The notes under the pieces were generated by a model. The model worked only from the letters and a program-made list of their open reading frames with translations. It did not search any database and was not told where the DNA came from. From positions 7,970 through 71,969 of the forward strand of contig CANLII010000003.1 in the NCBI GenBank assembly GCA_947491315.1: a stretch of DNA of 64,000 bases, given 5' to 3'. Within the stretch, counting starts at the first letter, position 1, and every line of letters starts with the position of its first letter. Source of the DNA: Ignavibacteria bacterium (GTDB taxonomy: Bacteria > Bacteroidota > Ignavibacteria > Kapaibacteriales > UBA961). Shown here piece by piece: positions 48,752 through 58,549 of this stretch. Made by a program: the position numbers and the translations under genes.

Positions 48752-50962
48752 ATGTGTAGATATCTCAAAATCATGCTTTCAGCATGGTTATGTGGTTTTG
48801 TCTTTGCACCCGCTTTCGCTCAACAAGATACCATTCGAGGCATTGTATTGAGTTCAATAGACTCAACAAGATTGCCGGGAGCAGCAGTTCTATGGAAAAA
48901 TTCTAGCAGTGGTGTGAGAGCCGATCAGCAAGGACAATTCGCGATCATACGGTCAACTGCATCCCAAATTGAATTGATTATTTCTTCTGTGGGTTATGCG
49001 AAGGACACAATTGAAATCAAGCAATACCAATCCGGAGAAGTAATCCGCATTACACTTGTTCCCGATGCACGGTCAGAATCGGTGATTGTTGAAGAATCAG
49101 GACTGCAATCCATAACCAAAGCTGAAATCAAAACTGAAAAAATCTCCTCCAGACAATTACGCGAATCCGCTTGTTGCTCTCTTGCGGAATCCTTCGAGCG
49201 AAGTCCATCTGTTGAAGTTTCCTATGCCGATGCCGCAACGGGTGCAAGGGTTATTCAATTGCTCGGCCTAAAAGGTATGTACACCCAAACCTTGCAGGAA
49301 GCTATTCCGGGATTGAAAGGTCTAGCCCTGCCATATGGTATGGATCTCATACCCGGCGCATTTCTTGAATCCATTAGTATTTCAAAAGGCGCGGCATCTG
49401 TCATGAATGGATATGAAGGAGTTGCAGGACTCATCAATATCGAAATGCTCAAACCCATCATGTCCCCCAGATTGTTTGTGAATGCCTATATCAATCAAAT
49501 GCAACGCTATGAGTTGAACCTCGCCTCAGCTTTTGAACCCGTGGATGGTCTGCATGCCATGCTTATGGTGCACGGAAGTACATTCAATCAAGAAATGGAT
49601 GGCAATAATGATGGATATATCGATATGCCATTATTCGATAAAATGAATGCAACTTTTCGCATGGAATATATGCAGGATGATATCGAATATCAATTCATGG
49701 GAAGATATGTCAATGATGATTATCGTGGGGGTATGACAAATGGTTTCGCGGAATCACAAGGCATAAATGATGTGTTCAAAAGCAATACATCGCTCGAGCG
49801 ATTTGAATTCATGTCCAAAATCGGATTCCTCGAATTGGATAATCCATTCGCTGAATCATTCGCAATTCAAATGGCAGGATCCCTTCATTCCATGGATTCT
49901 GAATTTGGAATAAGAAAGTATTCCGGAACACAACAAAGCGGATTCATTAAAGCAATTGCCGTAAAGAAAATTGCCGATGAACATAAATTGTGGTATGGCG
50001 TATCATATATGTATGATGTCTTTGATGAAAACTTCATGTCATTGGACAGAGACCGCATCGAATCTGTGCCAGGAATATTCGCGGAAAACACATTTACTCC
50101 GAGTGAACAATTGACAATTGTCACAGGGCTGAGAATTGATTATCACAATCTCTATGGACTTATCACTACGCCTAGAATGCATGTGAAATATGAACCGATT
50201 GATAATATGCAAATGCGTATGTCAGCCGGAAGTGGAATGCGCGTTGCGAATATCTTTGCCGATAATATGTCTTCATTCGTGAATAATCGAGCGATCATCA
50301 TTGATTCAGTATTGAATCCCGAAAAAGCATGGAATTATGGCGCTTCAATTACCTATTCAACTACAATTCTCGGATTGCCTTTCACATTTGATTCGGAACT
50401 CTATCAAACAAGATTTTTGAATCAAGTGAATACCGATCTTGATGCTTCCGCACGAACACTTCGCATCGTGAATGATTCAATGGCTTATGCAACTTCCCTG
50501 ATGCTTCAAATGCAAGTATTACCTTGGACTGGTTTTAAAATGAATCTTGCTTGGCGATACAATGACATGTGGCAAATGAGTGATCAAAGAATGCAAAGAA
50601 GAATTATGGTGAGTCCTCATAGAATATTGCTCACGATTTCTCAATCATTATTCAATGATCAACTACAATGCGATGTGACAACAATGTGGAATGGTGAGGG
50701 AAGACTTCCTGCACTTACGGAAAATCCTGAGGAATTTCGCATGAATGAAACATATCCCGCATTCATGCGCTTGAATGCACAATTGTCTTGGCGTACTCCT
50801 GCATTCGATGTGTATCTTGGTGCAGAGAATATCATGAATACTCTTCAAAATCATGTGATCATATCACCTGATAATCCTCGAAGTCCACTGTTTGAAGGTT
50901 CACTCGTTTGGGGTATGCTCGACAATCGCATGATCTATCTCGGCATGAGAGCTCAATTGTAA
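48752..50962 (+). CDS. TonB-dependent receptor (carboxypeptidase-D-like regulatory N-domain, plug and 22-strand barrel)
   Basis: 736 aa. Signal peptide, N-terminal TIRGIVLSS...PGAAV, a TonB-box/plug region (VESGLQSITKAEIKTEKI), and a C-terminal ...LGMRAQL ending in an aromatic-1 residue. Confidence 0.85.
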   Translation: MCRYLKIMLSAWLCGFVFAPAFAQQDTIRGIVLSSIDSTRLPGAAVLWKNSSSGVRADQQGQFAIIRSTASQIELIISSVGYAKDTIEIKQYQSGEVIRITLVPDARSESVIVEESGLQSITKAEIKTEKISSRQLRESACCSLAESFERSPSVEVSYADAATGARVIQLLGLKGMYTQTLQEAIPGLKGLALPYGMDLIPGAFLESISISKGAASVMNGYEGVAGLINIEMLKPIMSPRLFVNAYINQMQRYELNLASAFEPVDGLHAMLMVHGSTFNQEMDGNNDGYIDMPLFDKMNATFRMEYMQDDIEYQFMGRYVNDDYRGGMTNGFAESQGINDVFKSNTSLERFEFMSKIGFLELDNPFAESFAIQMAGSLHSMDSEFGIRKYSGTQQSGFIKAIAVKKIADEHKLWYGVSYMYDVFDENFMSLDRDRIESVPGIFAENTFTPSEQLTIVTGLRIDYHNLYGLITTPRMHVKYEPIDNMQMRMSAGSGMRVANIFADNMSSFVNNRAIIIDSVLNPEKAWNYGASITYSTTILGLPFTFDSELYQTRFLNQVNTDLDASARTLRIVNDSMAYATSLMLQMQVLPWTGFKMNLAWRYNDMWQMSDQRMQRRIMVSPHRILLTISQSLFNDQLQCDVTTMWNGEGRLPALTENPEEFRMNETYPAFMRLNAQLSWRTPAFDVYLGAENIMNTLQNHVIISPDNPRSPLFEGSLVWGMLDNRMIYLGMRAQL

Positions 50963-51009
50963 GGAAAGTCAGTAATTTTGCATGTCCTTATTCACAAATG
51001 GCTTTTGCT

Positions 51010-51651
51010 ATGTTCACAGGTTTGATTGAAGAAATTGGAGCGATAACAAATATCGAATCCAAAGGAAGTGGTCTGACATTGACCATCCAAGGAAATACCG
51101 TCATGAGTGATCTCGCGATTGATGATTCCATTTCCGTAAATGGTGCATGTCAAACAGTGATCGCAGTGCACGGGAATAAATTTCGTGTGGATACCGTGCA
51201 GGAAACATTGCTCAAGACAACTCTTGGCTCGTTAAAAGTGGGTGATTCCGTCAATCTTGAACGAGCATTGCAATTGAGCGATCGCCTGGGTGGACATATA
51301 GTGCAAGGTCATGTTGATTGTGTTGGCAGAGTGCAATCCATTGTGAATGTCTCCGGTGGTGGCTGGCAATTGTGGATCACATACCCAAATGAATATAGAA
51401 AATATGTTGTACCTGTAGGGTCAATTTGCATCAATGGGGTGAGTCTGACTGTTGCAAGAGTGAAGGATAATACCTGCATGATGGCAATCATTCCGCATAC
51501 ATTAGCTGTGACAACCATTGGCTCACTCACCGTGAATTCGCAAGTGAATCTCGAGTTTGACATTCTTGGAAAATATGTTGAGAATATGATTATTTATGCC
51601 GAAAAAAAGAGTTCGGTGTTTGATTCCTATCTTGATCAACCGGGAATGTGA
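51010..51651 (+). CDS. ribE: riboflavin synthase alpha chain
   Basis: MFTGLIEEIG... with two lumazine-binding repeats (SVNGACQTV, INGVSLTV). It is colinear with E. coli RibC. The start was refined to 51010. Confidence 0.9.
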   Translation: MFTGLIEEIGAITNIESKGSGLTLTIQGNTVMSDLAIDDSISVNGACQTVIAVHGNKFRVDTVQETLLKTTLGSLKVGDSVNLERALQLSDRLGGHIVQGHVDCVGRVQSIVNVSGGGWQLWITYPNEYRKYVVPVGSICINGVSLTVARVKDNTCMMAIIPHTLAVTTIGSLTVNSQVNLEFDILGKYVENMIIYAEKKSSVFDSYLDQPGM

Positions 51652-53249
51652 ACATGAAAACAATGTCGCTAGATTCAGTGCCCGGTCTAAACCCTTTCTT
51701 CATTGAAAGCACCTCGTCAAAAGTGAATATCAATCCTGAATTGCTGAAAGAGAGAGCCGTGAAATTGGGTCCTGGTGCTGGCTTCATCATTGAAAAAACA
51801 ATGAGGAATATATCACTCAATGAAAAGCAACAGCATGGATTGAATCAACTGTTATCCGGAAAAGCAGTAGCGATGATCACGGGTCAGCAACCCGGTTTTC
51901 TTGGTGGCCCACTGTATTCATTGTATAAAGCAATGTCTTGCATTTCACTTGCAGAAACACATTCTACAGATGAATTGCCGATCATTCCGATTTTTTGGAT
52001 CGAAGACAATGATCATGATGGAGTTGAAGCAGGAACTGCGTCACTGATAGATCAATCAAGCGCAGTACATACCGTTCAGTGCGATGAGCTTGCACTCCTT
52101 CAAACACATATTCCGATTTCTGAAAGAGTATTTTCTAGTGAGATTTCTTCTGTGATAGAAAGCATTTCTCAATACTTGCCGAATTCAGAGTATGGACTGC
52201 AGATAATCCAAGAAATCAACATATTATATCAATCCGAAAAAAAATGGTCTGATTCATTCCTCGAGTATATGCAAGAGCGATGCGGTGAATTCGGATTGCT
52301 TTTCTTCTCATCATCGATAGCACGGAAAGAAGGATATTTCAAAGAACGAATATTGCATGAGATTTCACATTCGGGTGAATTGCAACAATGTGTTCTCGAA
52401 ACAAATGAATCATTGATGAAAAGAGGAATGAAGATTCAGGCCGAAGCCGGAATCATCAATGCATTTTACCATGATGATTCGGGCAGACATAAAATTGATT
52501 TAGATGAATCCGGTACTGTGAAACTTGGCGATGGTATCATATCAAAAGATGAGTGCATCAAACTGATACAATTACATCCTGAAAAATTCTCACCTTCTGT
52601 TTTGCTTAGACCCCTTATTCAAGATTCCATTATTCCAACGATAGGCATGATTGTAGGTCCTGGTGAGTTTGGATATATGTCGCAATTAAAACATGCATAT
52701 TCTGTATTGAATATTCCAATGCCTCAGTTGCATGGCAGACATTCAGTCACCATACTCATTCCATCGATTTCAAAATATCTGTCAAAACATGAACTTGAGC
52801 CGAACTTTTTTATGAGCATCATGAATGAAATCGAGCAGGATCTCTCTGTAAGATTTGCCCATGATACAGAAAGTGATGCATTGGTAGATGAATTGCGTTC
52901 TTCTGTTCAACAGTCACTGAGTATCATATCAAAACATATTGAAACAATTGATTCGTCATTGCAGGGCGCAGTTTCAGCAACAGAACATGGAATTGAAAAG
53001 TTGATTGATGGAATGCAGAAAAAGATGATTTCATCATCGAAAAAAAAGCAAGAAATTCTCTTTGGAAAGGCGCGTGAAGCTCATGCATGGATATATCCTC
53101 AAAATCATCTTCAGGAGAGATTCTTGAGTAGCATGACAGTAGAAGCAAGAGTAGGGAAGGAGATGTTCAGGGATATTCTCATTGCAATCAAAAATGCATC
53201 AAGGGAAATGCATGTATTGATTGATGTGCATGAAATGAAATCAATCTGA
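51648..53249 (+). CDS. bshC: putative bacillithiol biosynthesis cysteine-adding enzyme BshC
   Basis: 533 aa. The N-terminal region carries AMITGQQPGFLGGPLYSLYKAMS, which I recall as the BshC signature TGQQxG(L/F)xGGPLY. Size and domain order fit BshC. It overlaps ribE by 4 bp. Confidence 0.55.
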   Translation: MNMKTMSLDSVPGLNPFFIESTSSKVNINPELLKERAVKLGPGAGFIIEKTMRNISLNEKQQHGLNQLLSGKAVAMITGQQPGFLGGPLYSLYKAMSCISLAETHSTDELPIIPIFWIEDNDHDGVEAGTASLIDQSSAVHTVQCDELALLQTHIPISERVFSSEISSVIESISQYLPNSEYGLQIIQEINILYQSEKKWSDSFLEYMQERCGEFGLLFFSSSIARKEGYFKERILHEISHSGELQQCVLETNESLMKRGMKIQAEAGIINAFYHDDSGRHKIDLDESGTVKLGDGIISKDECIKLIQLHPEKFSPSVLLRPLIQDSIIPTIGMIVGPGEFGYMSQLKHAYSVLNIPMPQLHGRHSVTILIPSISKYLSKHELEPNFFMSIMNEIEQDLSVRFAHDTESDALVDELRSSVQQSLSIISKHIETIDSSLQGAVSATEHGIEKLIDGMQKKMISSSKKKQEILFGKAREAHAWIYPQNHLQERFLSSMTVEARVGKEMFRDILIAIKNASREMHVLIDVHEMKSI

Positions 53250-53251
53250 AA

Positions 53252-54226
53252 TCAGGATGCTCTTTCAATCACGAAATGAGCAAAGTCTGTTAATGCAGTT
53301 TTATAGGCTGATTCGGGGAATATTTCCAGCAATTGTATGGCCTCTTCAATCAAGGCTTCGGATTTACCTTGAGCATATTCAATGCCGCCTTGTTGCTTCA
53401 CAAATGACATGATATGTGCAATGTCTGCGGATTGCAAATTTCCATTTTTGATCATTCTTACAATGCTTTTTGATTCGTTTTTTGAAGCGGATCGCAAGGC
53501 ATAAATGAGTGGCAATGTAATTTTCTTTTCTTTCAAATCATTTGCATAGGGTTTGCCGATCAAATTCGTTCTACTCACATAATCGAGCAAATCATCACGA
53601 ATTTGAAAAGCTAGTCCAACCAATTCTCCAAATCTGGTGATATTGTCAATGCTTTGTGCATCAAGCGTTGCGCTTCTTGCTCCAATCTCACAACAGGTGC
53701 TGATCAGAGATGCCGTTTTATCACCAATGATTTTGAAGTATGTTTCTTCATCAATATTCAATTGCCGACTTTTCTGCATTTGCAGAAGTTCGCCCTCGCT
53801 CATTCTTTGCACTGCCTTGCTAGTGGCCTTCAAAAAGGCAAATTCTTCATTGTCTACAGCTAAGTGAAGTCCTCTCGAAAGCAGATAATCACCAACCAAT
53901 ACTGATGCCTTGTTTTTCCATAATGCATTGATTGAAGGCATTCCTCTTCTTTCACCCGCATCATCCACCACATCATCATGAACCAATGTTGCCGTGTGCA
54001 GTAATTCCACCATAGAAGCTCCCACGAGTGTCCTATTTGTTGTACCACCACATAACTCGGCACTGAGGAAAACAAGAGTGGGACGCACTCTTTTGCCTCT
54101 TTGGCGGAGAATATAGCGGATTACAAGATTCAGCAGTGGCACTTCAGTCCGCATTTGATCTCTGAAATACGGATGAAATGTATCAAGTTGATGACTGACG
54201 ACACTACTGATTTTGCCTATGGACAT
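53252..54226 (-). CDS. polyprenyl diphosphate synthase (IspB-like trans-prenyltransferase)
   Basis: First aspartate-rich motif LVHDDVVDDAGERRG and second motif FQIRDDLLD. 324 aa. Confidence 0.85.
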   Translation of the reverse strand: MSIGKISSVVSHQLDTFHPYFRDQMRTEVPLLNLVIRYILRQRGKRVRPTLVFLSAELCGGTTNRTLVGASMVELLHTATLVHDDVVDDAGERRGMPSINALWKNKASVLVGDYLLSRGLHLAVDNEEFAFLKATSKAVQRMSEGELLQMQKSRQLNIDEETYFKIIGDKTASLISTCCEIGARSATLDAQSIDNITRFGELVGLAFQIRDDLLDYVSRTNLIGKPYANDLKEKKITLPLIYALRSASKNESKSIVRMIKNGNLQSADIAHIMSFVKQQGGIEYAQGKSEALIEEAIQLLEIFPESAYKTALTDFAHFVIERAS

Positions 54227-54231
54227 GAGTT

Positions 54232-54987
54232 CTACTCAATTGGTGTGACCGGCTCTTCCTTTTTACGGGCAAAAACCGTTACAAGAATACTGATTTCATA
54301 AAGAACCATGAGAGGTGCTGCAAAAACAAGTTGGCTTACTGGGTCTGTGCTGGGAGTCAATGCCGCGGCCAAAATAAGAATGACAACAATGGAATGTCTG
54401 CGATACTTGCGAAGCATTTCCGGACTGATTATGCCTATTTTTGAAAGGATATACGCAATCATCGGCAATTCGAAAATCAATCCTGCACTTAAAAGTGTTG
54501 TGGTGATGAAACTGAAATACTCTGTTACATCAATACTGTTCTTAATAAGGTTAGAACCGAAGGAGGCAGTGAAAGAAAGCATTACGGGAATCATGATCCA
54601 ATATGCAAATGCAACTCCGACCAGAAAGCAAAAAGAAGTATATATCGTAATTTTTCCTGCCCAACGCCTTTCTTTCTCATAGAGTCCAGGTGCAATGAAT
54701 TTCCAAAGCTGATATAAAGTATATGGCATAGAAATAATTAATCCTGCCATAATAACAACTTTGAAGTAGAGAAAGGCTTGGCCAAAAGGACGGAGATTCT
54801 GTAATTCCATGTTCACGGAAGCGGCAGGCTTCAACAAGACCCAATTCATGAGTTGATCAACAAAAGCCCCAGCAATGATGCAACCAATCACTAATCCAAG
54901 AACCGCAAGACCAATTCTTAGTCGCAATTCCTCGAGATGATCAAAAAAACTCATTTCAAACTGCCCACCGGCAGGATTCTTGGCCAT
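54232..54987 (-). CDS. tatC: twin-arginine translocase subunit TatC
   Basis: 251 aa with 6 transmembrane helices. The N-terminal FFDHLEELRLRI is the conserved TatC motif. Confidence 0.85.
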   Translation of the reverse strand: MAKNPAGGQFEMSFFDHLEELRLRIGLAVLGLVIGCIIAGAFVDQLMNWVLLKPAASVNMELQNLRPFGQAFLYFKVVIMAGLIISMPYTLYQLWKFIAPGLYEKERRWAGKITIYTSFCFLVGVAFAYWIMIPVMLSFTASFGSNLIKNSIDVTEYFSFITTTLLSAGLIFELPMIAYILSKIGIISPEMLRKYRRHSIVVILILAAALTPSTDPVSQLVFAAPLMVLYEISILVTVFARKKEEPVTPIE

Positions 54988-55534
54988 GTGTCTATCCAGT
55001 GAATCTCATTCACATGAAATTCATGAGAAAGCGTGTAGAAGAAAATGATAGTGAATTGATGTAATTTTTCAACTCACCGCAAAAATACGACAATAAGCAT
55101 AGCCGACCAACGAAGTCACAATAGCAGACCAAACCTCGTTTTGTAAAGAACCACTGAATTTCCCAAATGCAAATACATGTGGAAAATCTCCTAAATCCCT
55201 GATAATATCTGACATTCAGACTTTTGTGCATCGAATGTATGCACAATTTAGGGGTGCTTTTGCCATACATGTTTGATGAATACATCCTCTTTTGTCTTTT
55301 GATGAAAAAGCAAGTGTTTTTTTTAAAAAAAAGAAAATTTTCTTGTTGCATTCATGTGGAAAAATTTTCCATTTTTGCATCCCGGTTTTGCAGAACTCTC
55401 AGTATGATCCCCACGGATAGACTCCATCCCCAGTGGTTTGTCCGCATCTGTTTGTTTTTTATACCGTGCTCAATATACCCATAGTAATATCTATGGGGAA
55501 TTTCCCTTGGCATTTGCCGTGGGTGATCACAGCT
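54988..55534. promoter_or_regulatory. candidate oriC / dnaA promoter region
   Basis: The longest non-coding stretch in the window, and it lies immediately 5' of dnaA. There are two identical DnaA-box-like 9-mers TGTGGAAAA, at about 55177 and about 55355 in the same orientation, each one mismatch from TGTGGATAA. A perfect 8-bp inverted repeat TTGTGCAT-N7-ATGCACAA lies at about 55233-55255. An AT-rich tract (~55287-55345) could be an unwinding element. Confidence 0.4.
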
Positions 55535-57088
55535 ATGGAAAGGAGTATCCAATTGGCTAGAAAACGCGACACAATTGATTTGTTTCCGGTTAACAAGGAA
55601 ACACGCCCCGATATTATTAAGAAGAACTCAGTTGATAATTCAAATAACCTTATTGGCGAGATTGGCCAGTCTACAAGGCCTTTGAGTCCTCAAGCCATTG
55701 AGTATTGGGAAGGTATGTCGAGGTTGATTCGTGACAATGTTTCTTCACAGATGTGGAAGACATGGTTTGAACTCATTAAACCTTTATCATGGGAAGATCA
55801 AACCCTCACGATTGAAGTTCCTAGTCAATTCTTTGTGGAATGGATCGAAGAGCATTATCGCGACCTTTTGCGCAAAACTCTTAGCCAAGCTGCCGGAGAG
55901 CAGGCTTCTTTGCGGTATGAAGTTGTTGTGAGCAAAGGTGAGACTTCTCTTGAGGATAGAACCATTCGCATCCCGGCTCTAAGAAATACGCCGGCCACAG
56001 GCAATCAATCCGTTTTGCACTTTGCCGGTCAGAACAAACAAGCAGAGCCTGATTTTGAATTTCTTTCTGCACTCAATCAGCGTTATGTCTTCAATAATTT
56101 TGTTCGAGGAGATAGTAATCAATTAGCTGCTTCGGCTGCTTTTGCTGTTGCTGAAAGACCAGGTAAGACAAATTTCAATCCCCTTTTCATTTATGGTGGA
56201 ACAGGATTGGGCAAAACCCATCTTGCGCAAGCTATAGGTAATTATATCGTCGCTCAAAAGTCGGGTGCAAGAGTTCTCTATACAAATAGTGAGCGATTCA
56301 CTTTTGAGTATGTGAATGCCATTCAGAATAATAAATTAAATGAATTCACGAATTTCTATCGAAGCGTTGATGTATTGATTGTTGATGATATTCAATTCCT
56401 TGGTGGAAAAGAAAAAACACAAGATCATTTCTTCCATACATTCAATGCATTGCATTTATCAGGTAAACAAGTTGTTCTTACAAGTGATAAACCACCAAAA
56501 GAATTGCTTGATATTGATGTTCGATTAATTTCAAGATTTCAATGGGGATTGTCTGCAGATATTCAACTTCCTGATTTTGAAATGCGCTTGGCGATTCTGC
56601 AGAAAAAATCTCAAGATGAAGGTTTTGAATTGGTACCTGAAATTGCAGAGTATATTGCCAAAAACATCAATGGCAATGTAAGAGAGCTAGAAGGTGCATT
56701 GATTAAATTGATAGCGAAGATTTCACTTGATAGTCGCGTGATGGGACTTGATCTTGCGAAGGAAGTTGTGCAAGGAATTGCAGGGACCACCGCTCGTCAA
56801 CTCAGCATGGATTCTATAGCAGTTGAAGTATCATCATATTATCAAATCCCTGTTGAATTACTATCTGCAAAAACACGCAAACACGAAGTTGTAATTGCAA
56901 GACAAATGACAATGTATCTCATCAAAATGTTGATTGGGACCTCGCTGAAAAGCATTGGTGCGCATTTCGGTGGAAGAGATCATACAACGGTTTTGCATTC
57001 ATGTCAAACTATCGACAATTATCTCGGACATGATATAAAAGTTAGAACGGCACTTGAAACATTGAAGAGCAATCTATTGAATCGTTGA
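55535..57088 (+). CDS. dnaA: chromosomal replication initiator DnaA
   Basis: AAA+ core with Walker A GGTGLGKTHLAQAIGNY, Walker B LIVDDIQFL, sensor regions, and the C-terminal DNA-binding helix-turn-helix (RQMTMYLIKMLIGTSLKSIGAHFGGRDHTTVLHS). The start is uncertain: M at 55535, or M at 55715 (MSRLIRDN...). The track ORF starts at 55433. Confidence 0.85.
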   Translation: MERSIQLARKRDTIDLFPVNKETRPDIIKKNSVDNSNNLIGEIGQSTRPLSPQAIEYWEGMSRLIRDNVSSQMWKTWFELIKPLSWEDQTLTIEVPSQFFVEWIEEHYRDLLRKTLSQAAGEQASLRYEVVVSKGETSLEDRTIRIPALRNTPATGNQSVLHFAGQNKQAEPDFEFLSALNQRYVFNNFVRGDSNQLAASAAFAVAERPGKTNFNPLFIYGGTGLGKTHLAQAIGNYIVAQKSGARVLYTNSERFTFEYVNAIQNNKLNEFTNFYRSVDVLIVDDIQFLGGKEKTQDHFFHTFNALHLSGKQVVLTSDKPPKELLDIDVRLISRFQWGLSADIQLPDFEMRLAILQKKSQDEGFELVPEIAEYIAKNINGNVRELEGALIKLIAKISLDSRVMGLDLAKEVVQGIAGTTARQLSMDSIAVEVSSYYQIPVELLSAKTRKHEVVIARQMTMYLIKMLIGTSLKSIGAHFGGRDHTTVLHSCQTIDNYLGHDIKVRTALETLKSNLLNR

Positions 57089-57110
57089 ACTAGATATGAG
57101 AATTACGTAT

Positions 57111-57143
57111 AAAAAAACCGTCCAATGGACGGTTTTTTTTTAT
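57111..57143. terminator. bidirectional intrinsic terminator between dnaA (+) and smpB (-)
   Basis: AAAAAAACCGTCC-AAT-GGACGGTTTTTTTTT gives a 6-bp GC-rich stem flanked by an A7 run and a T9 run. Confidence 0.8.
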
Positions 57144-57610
57144 TCTCCTCGGCGTAAATCACGCTCTATGTCTTTCTTCTTGAGGTCTTCTCTTTTATCG
57201 TGTAATTTCTTTCCACGAACGATTGCTATTTCAACTTTTACATAAGGTCCAGAAAAATACATGGAGAGTGGAATAACAGTCATTCCTTTTTCTTGAATTG
57301 CCTGCTTGAGTTTTGTGCTTTCTTTATCATGCAAAAGTAAAACGCGAGCCTGAGTTGGATTGTGATTTTCTCTATTGCCATGATCATAAGGACTAATATG
57401 AGCTCCCATTAACTTTGGTGCTCTTGCATATTTTGATTCATACAATACATAGCTATCTTGCAAATTGCATTTCCCGGCACGAAGCGATTTCACTTCAGTA
57501 CCCGTGAGTATAATTCCGGCTTCTAGAGTTGAAATTATCTCAAAGTCATGCCTAGCCTTTCGATTTTGCGCAATGACTTTAGTTTTTCTTTGTTCCGGTT
57601 TATCCGACAT
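57140..57610 (-). CDS. smpB: SsrA-binding protein SmpB
   Basis: 156 aa. KVIAQNRKARHDFEI...GTEVKSLRAGK is the canonical SmpB N-terminal region. Confidence 0.9.
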   Translation of the reverse strand: MSDKPEQRKTKVIAQNRKARHDFEIISTLEAGIILTGTEVKSLRAGKCNLQDSYVLYESKYARAPKLMGAHISPYDHGNRENHNPTQARVLLLHDKESTKLKQAIQEKGMTVIPLSMYFSGPYVKVEIAIVRGKKLHDKREDLKKKDIERDLRRGE

Positions 57611-57658
57611 ATTTACATACTCAAAAATTGGAATGTGCTTGACGCTCAGAGTTGAATA

Positions 57659-58441
57659 TCATTGCCCCGACTGTACATTCATGCAATGATACAGAGCAAT
57701 GCCAGTGGCAATCCCCACATTTAAAGATTTCGCAGAGCCCTTTCCATCAATGCGAATCGGCTTTGTGATGCATGATACTGTTTCAGGTGATAAACCGTGC
57801 GATTCACTACCCATGATCAAACCCCATGCATTTGGTAATTGATGAATATCCTTCAATAATGCATTGCTTTCTACTATCAGCCCAAACAATTCTCCATCCT
57901 GATATTGTGCTTTCCATTCATTTAAGAATTCAGAAAGTGATCTTTCAATATGTACATGAACCCGTAATATAGAACCCATGGATGCACGAATTGCTTTCGG
58001 ACTGAATGGATCGGCACAATTTCCACCAAGAATTACATGTTTCATTCCAAACCAATCGGCTGATCGTAAAATTGTGCCGAGATTTCCGGGATCATTGATG
58101 TGTTCTAATGCCAGAAATGTTGGTGACAAAATTCGAGGTAATTCGGGCATATCCACGATCGCAAACATATCTTGAGGATTGGTTGCATCGCTCATTCTCG
58201 AAAATGCAGTTGTGCCTGCTTTTAAAACTTCAATACCTGCTTGTTCATATTCCTCTGCTAATGACAATGCCGATGACGAGGCATCATCGGAAATTACGGC
58301 ATATTGAATAATGAAGCTCGAGGAAAGCAATTCAGAGCATATTTTCAATCCCTCGGCAATAAATCTGCCTTGCTCTTCACGCTCTTTTTTCTTGTCAAGA
58401 ACTCTGATTCTAGCTTGCTCTGCTTTGGAAAGATATTCCAT
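57659..58441 (-). CDS. SpoU/TrmH-family RNA 2'-O-methyltransferase
   Basis: DPGNLGTILRSADWFG (motif 1), followed by GSESHGLS and a TrmH-type knot motif IPM-GxxxSLNV (KPIRIDGKGSAKSLNVGIATGI). 260 aa. Confidence 0.8.
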   Translation of the reverse strand: MEYLSKAEQARIRVLDKKKEREEQGRFIAEGLKICSELLSSSFIIQYAVISDDASSSALSLAEEYEQAGIEVLKAGTTAFSRMSDATNPQDMFAIVDMPELPRILSPTFLALEHINDPGNLGTILRSADWFGMKHVILGGNCADPFSPKAIRASMGSILRVHVHIERSLSEFLNEWKAQYQDGELFGLIVESNALLKDIHQLPNAWGLIMGSESHGLSPETVSCITKPIRIDGKGSAKSLNVGIATGIALYHCMNVQSGQ

Positions 58442-58549
58442 GTATAGTACTCATATTTGAAATCAATATACAAATCTACAATCTATGTGCATGAGTAAGA
58501 AACAATCGATCAAGGTTTATAGTTTTGTAAGAACTCGTAAATTGCCTGT

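Noticed and set aside
58442-58549. Looked for a CIRCE element (TTAGCACTC-N9-GAGTGCTAA) upstream of hrcA
   Set aside because: No match or near-match is present in the hrcA upstream region or elsewhere in the window. CIRCE is presumably at groESL or dnaK outside this window.
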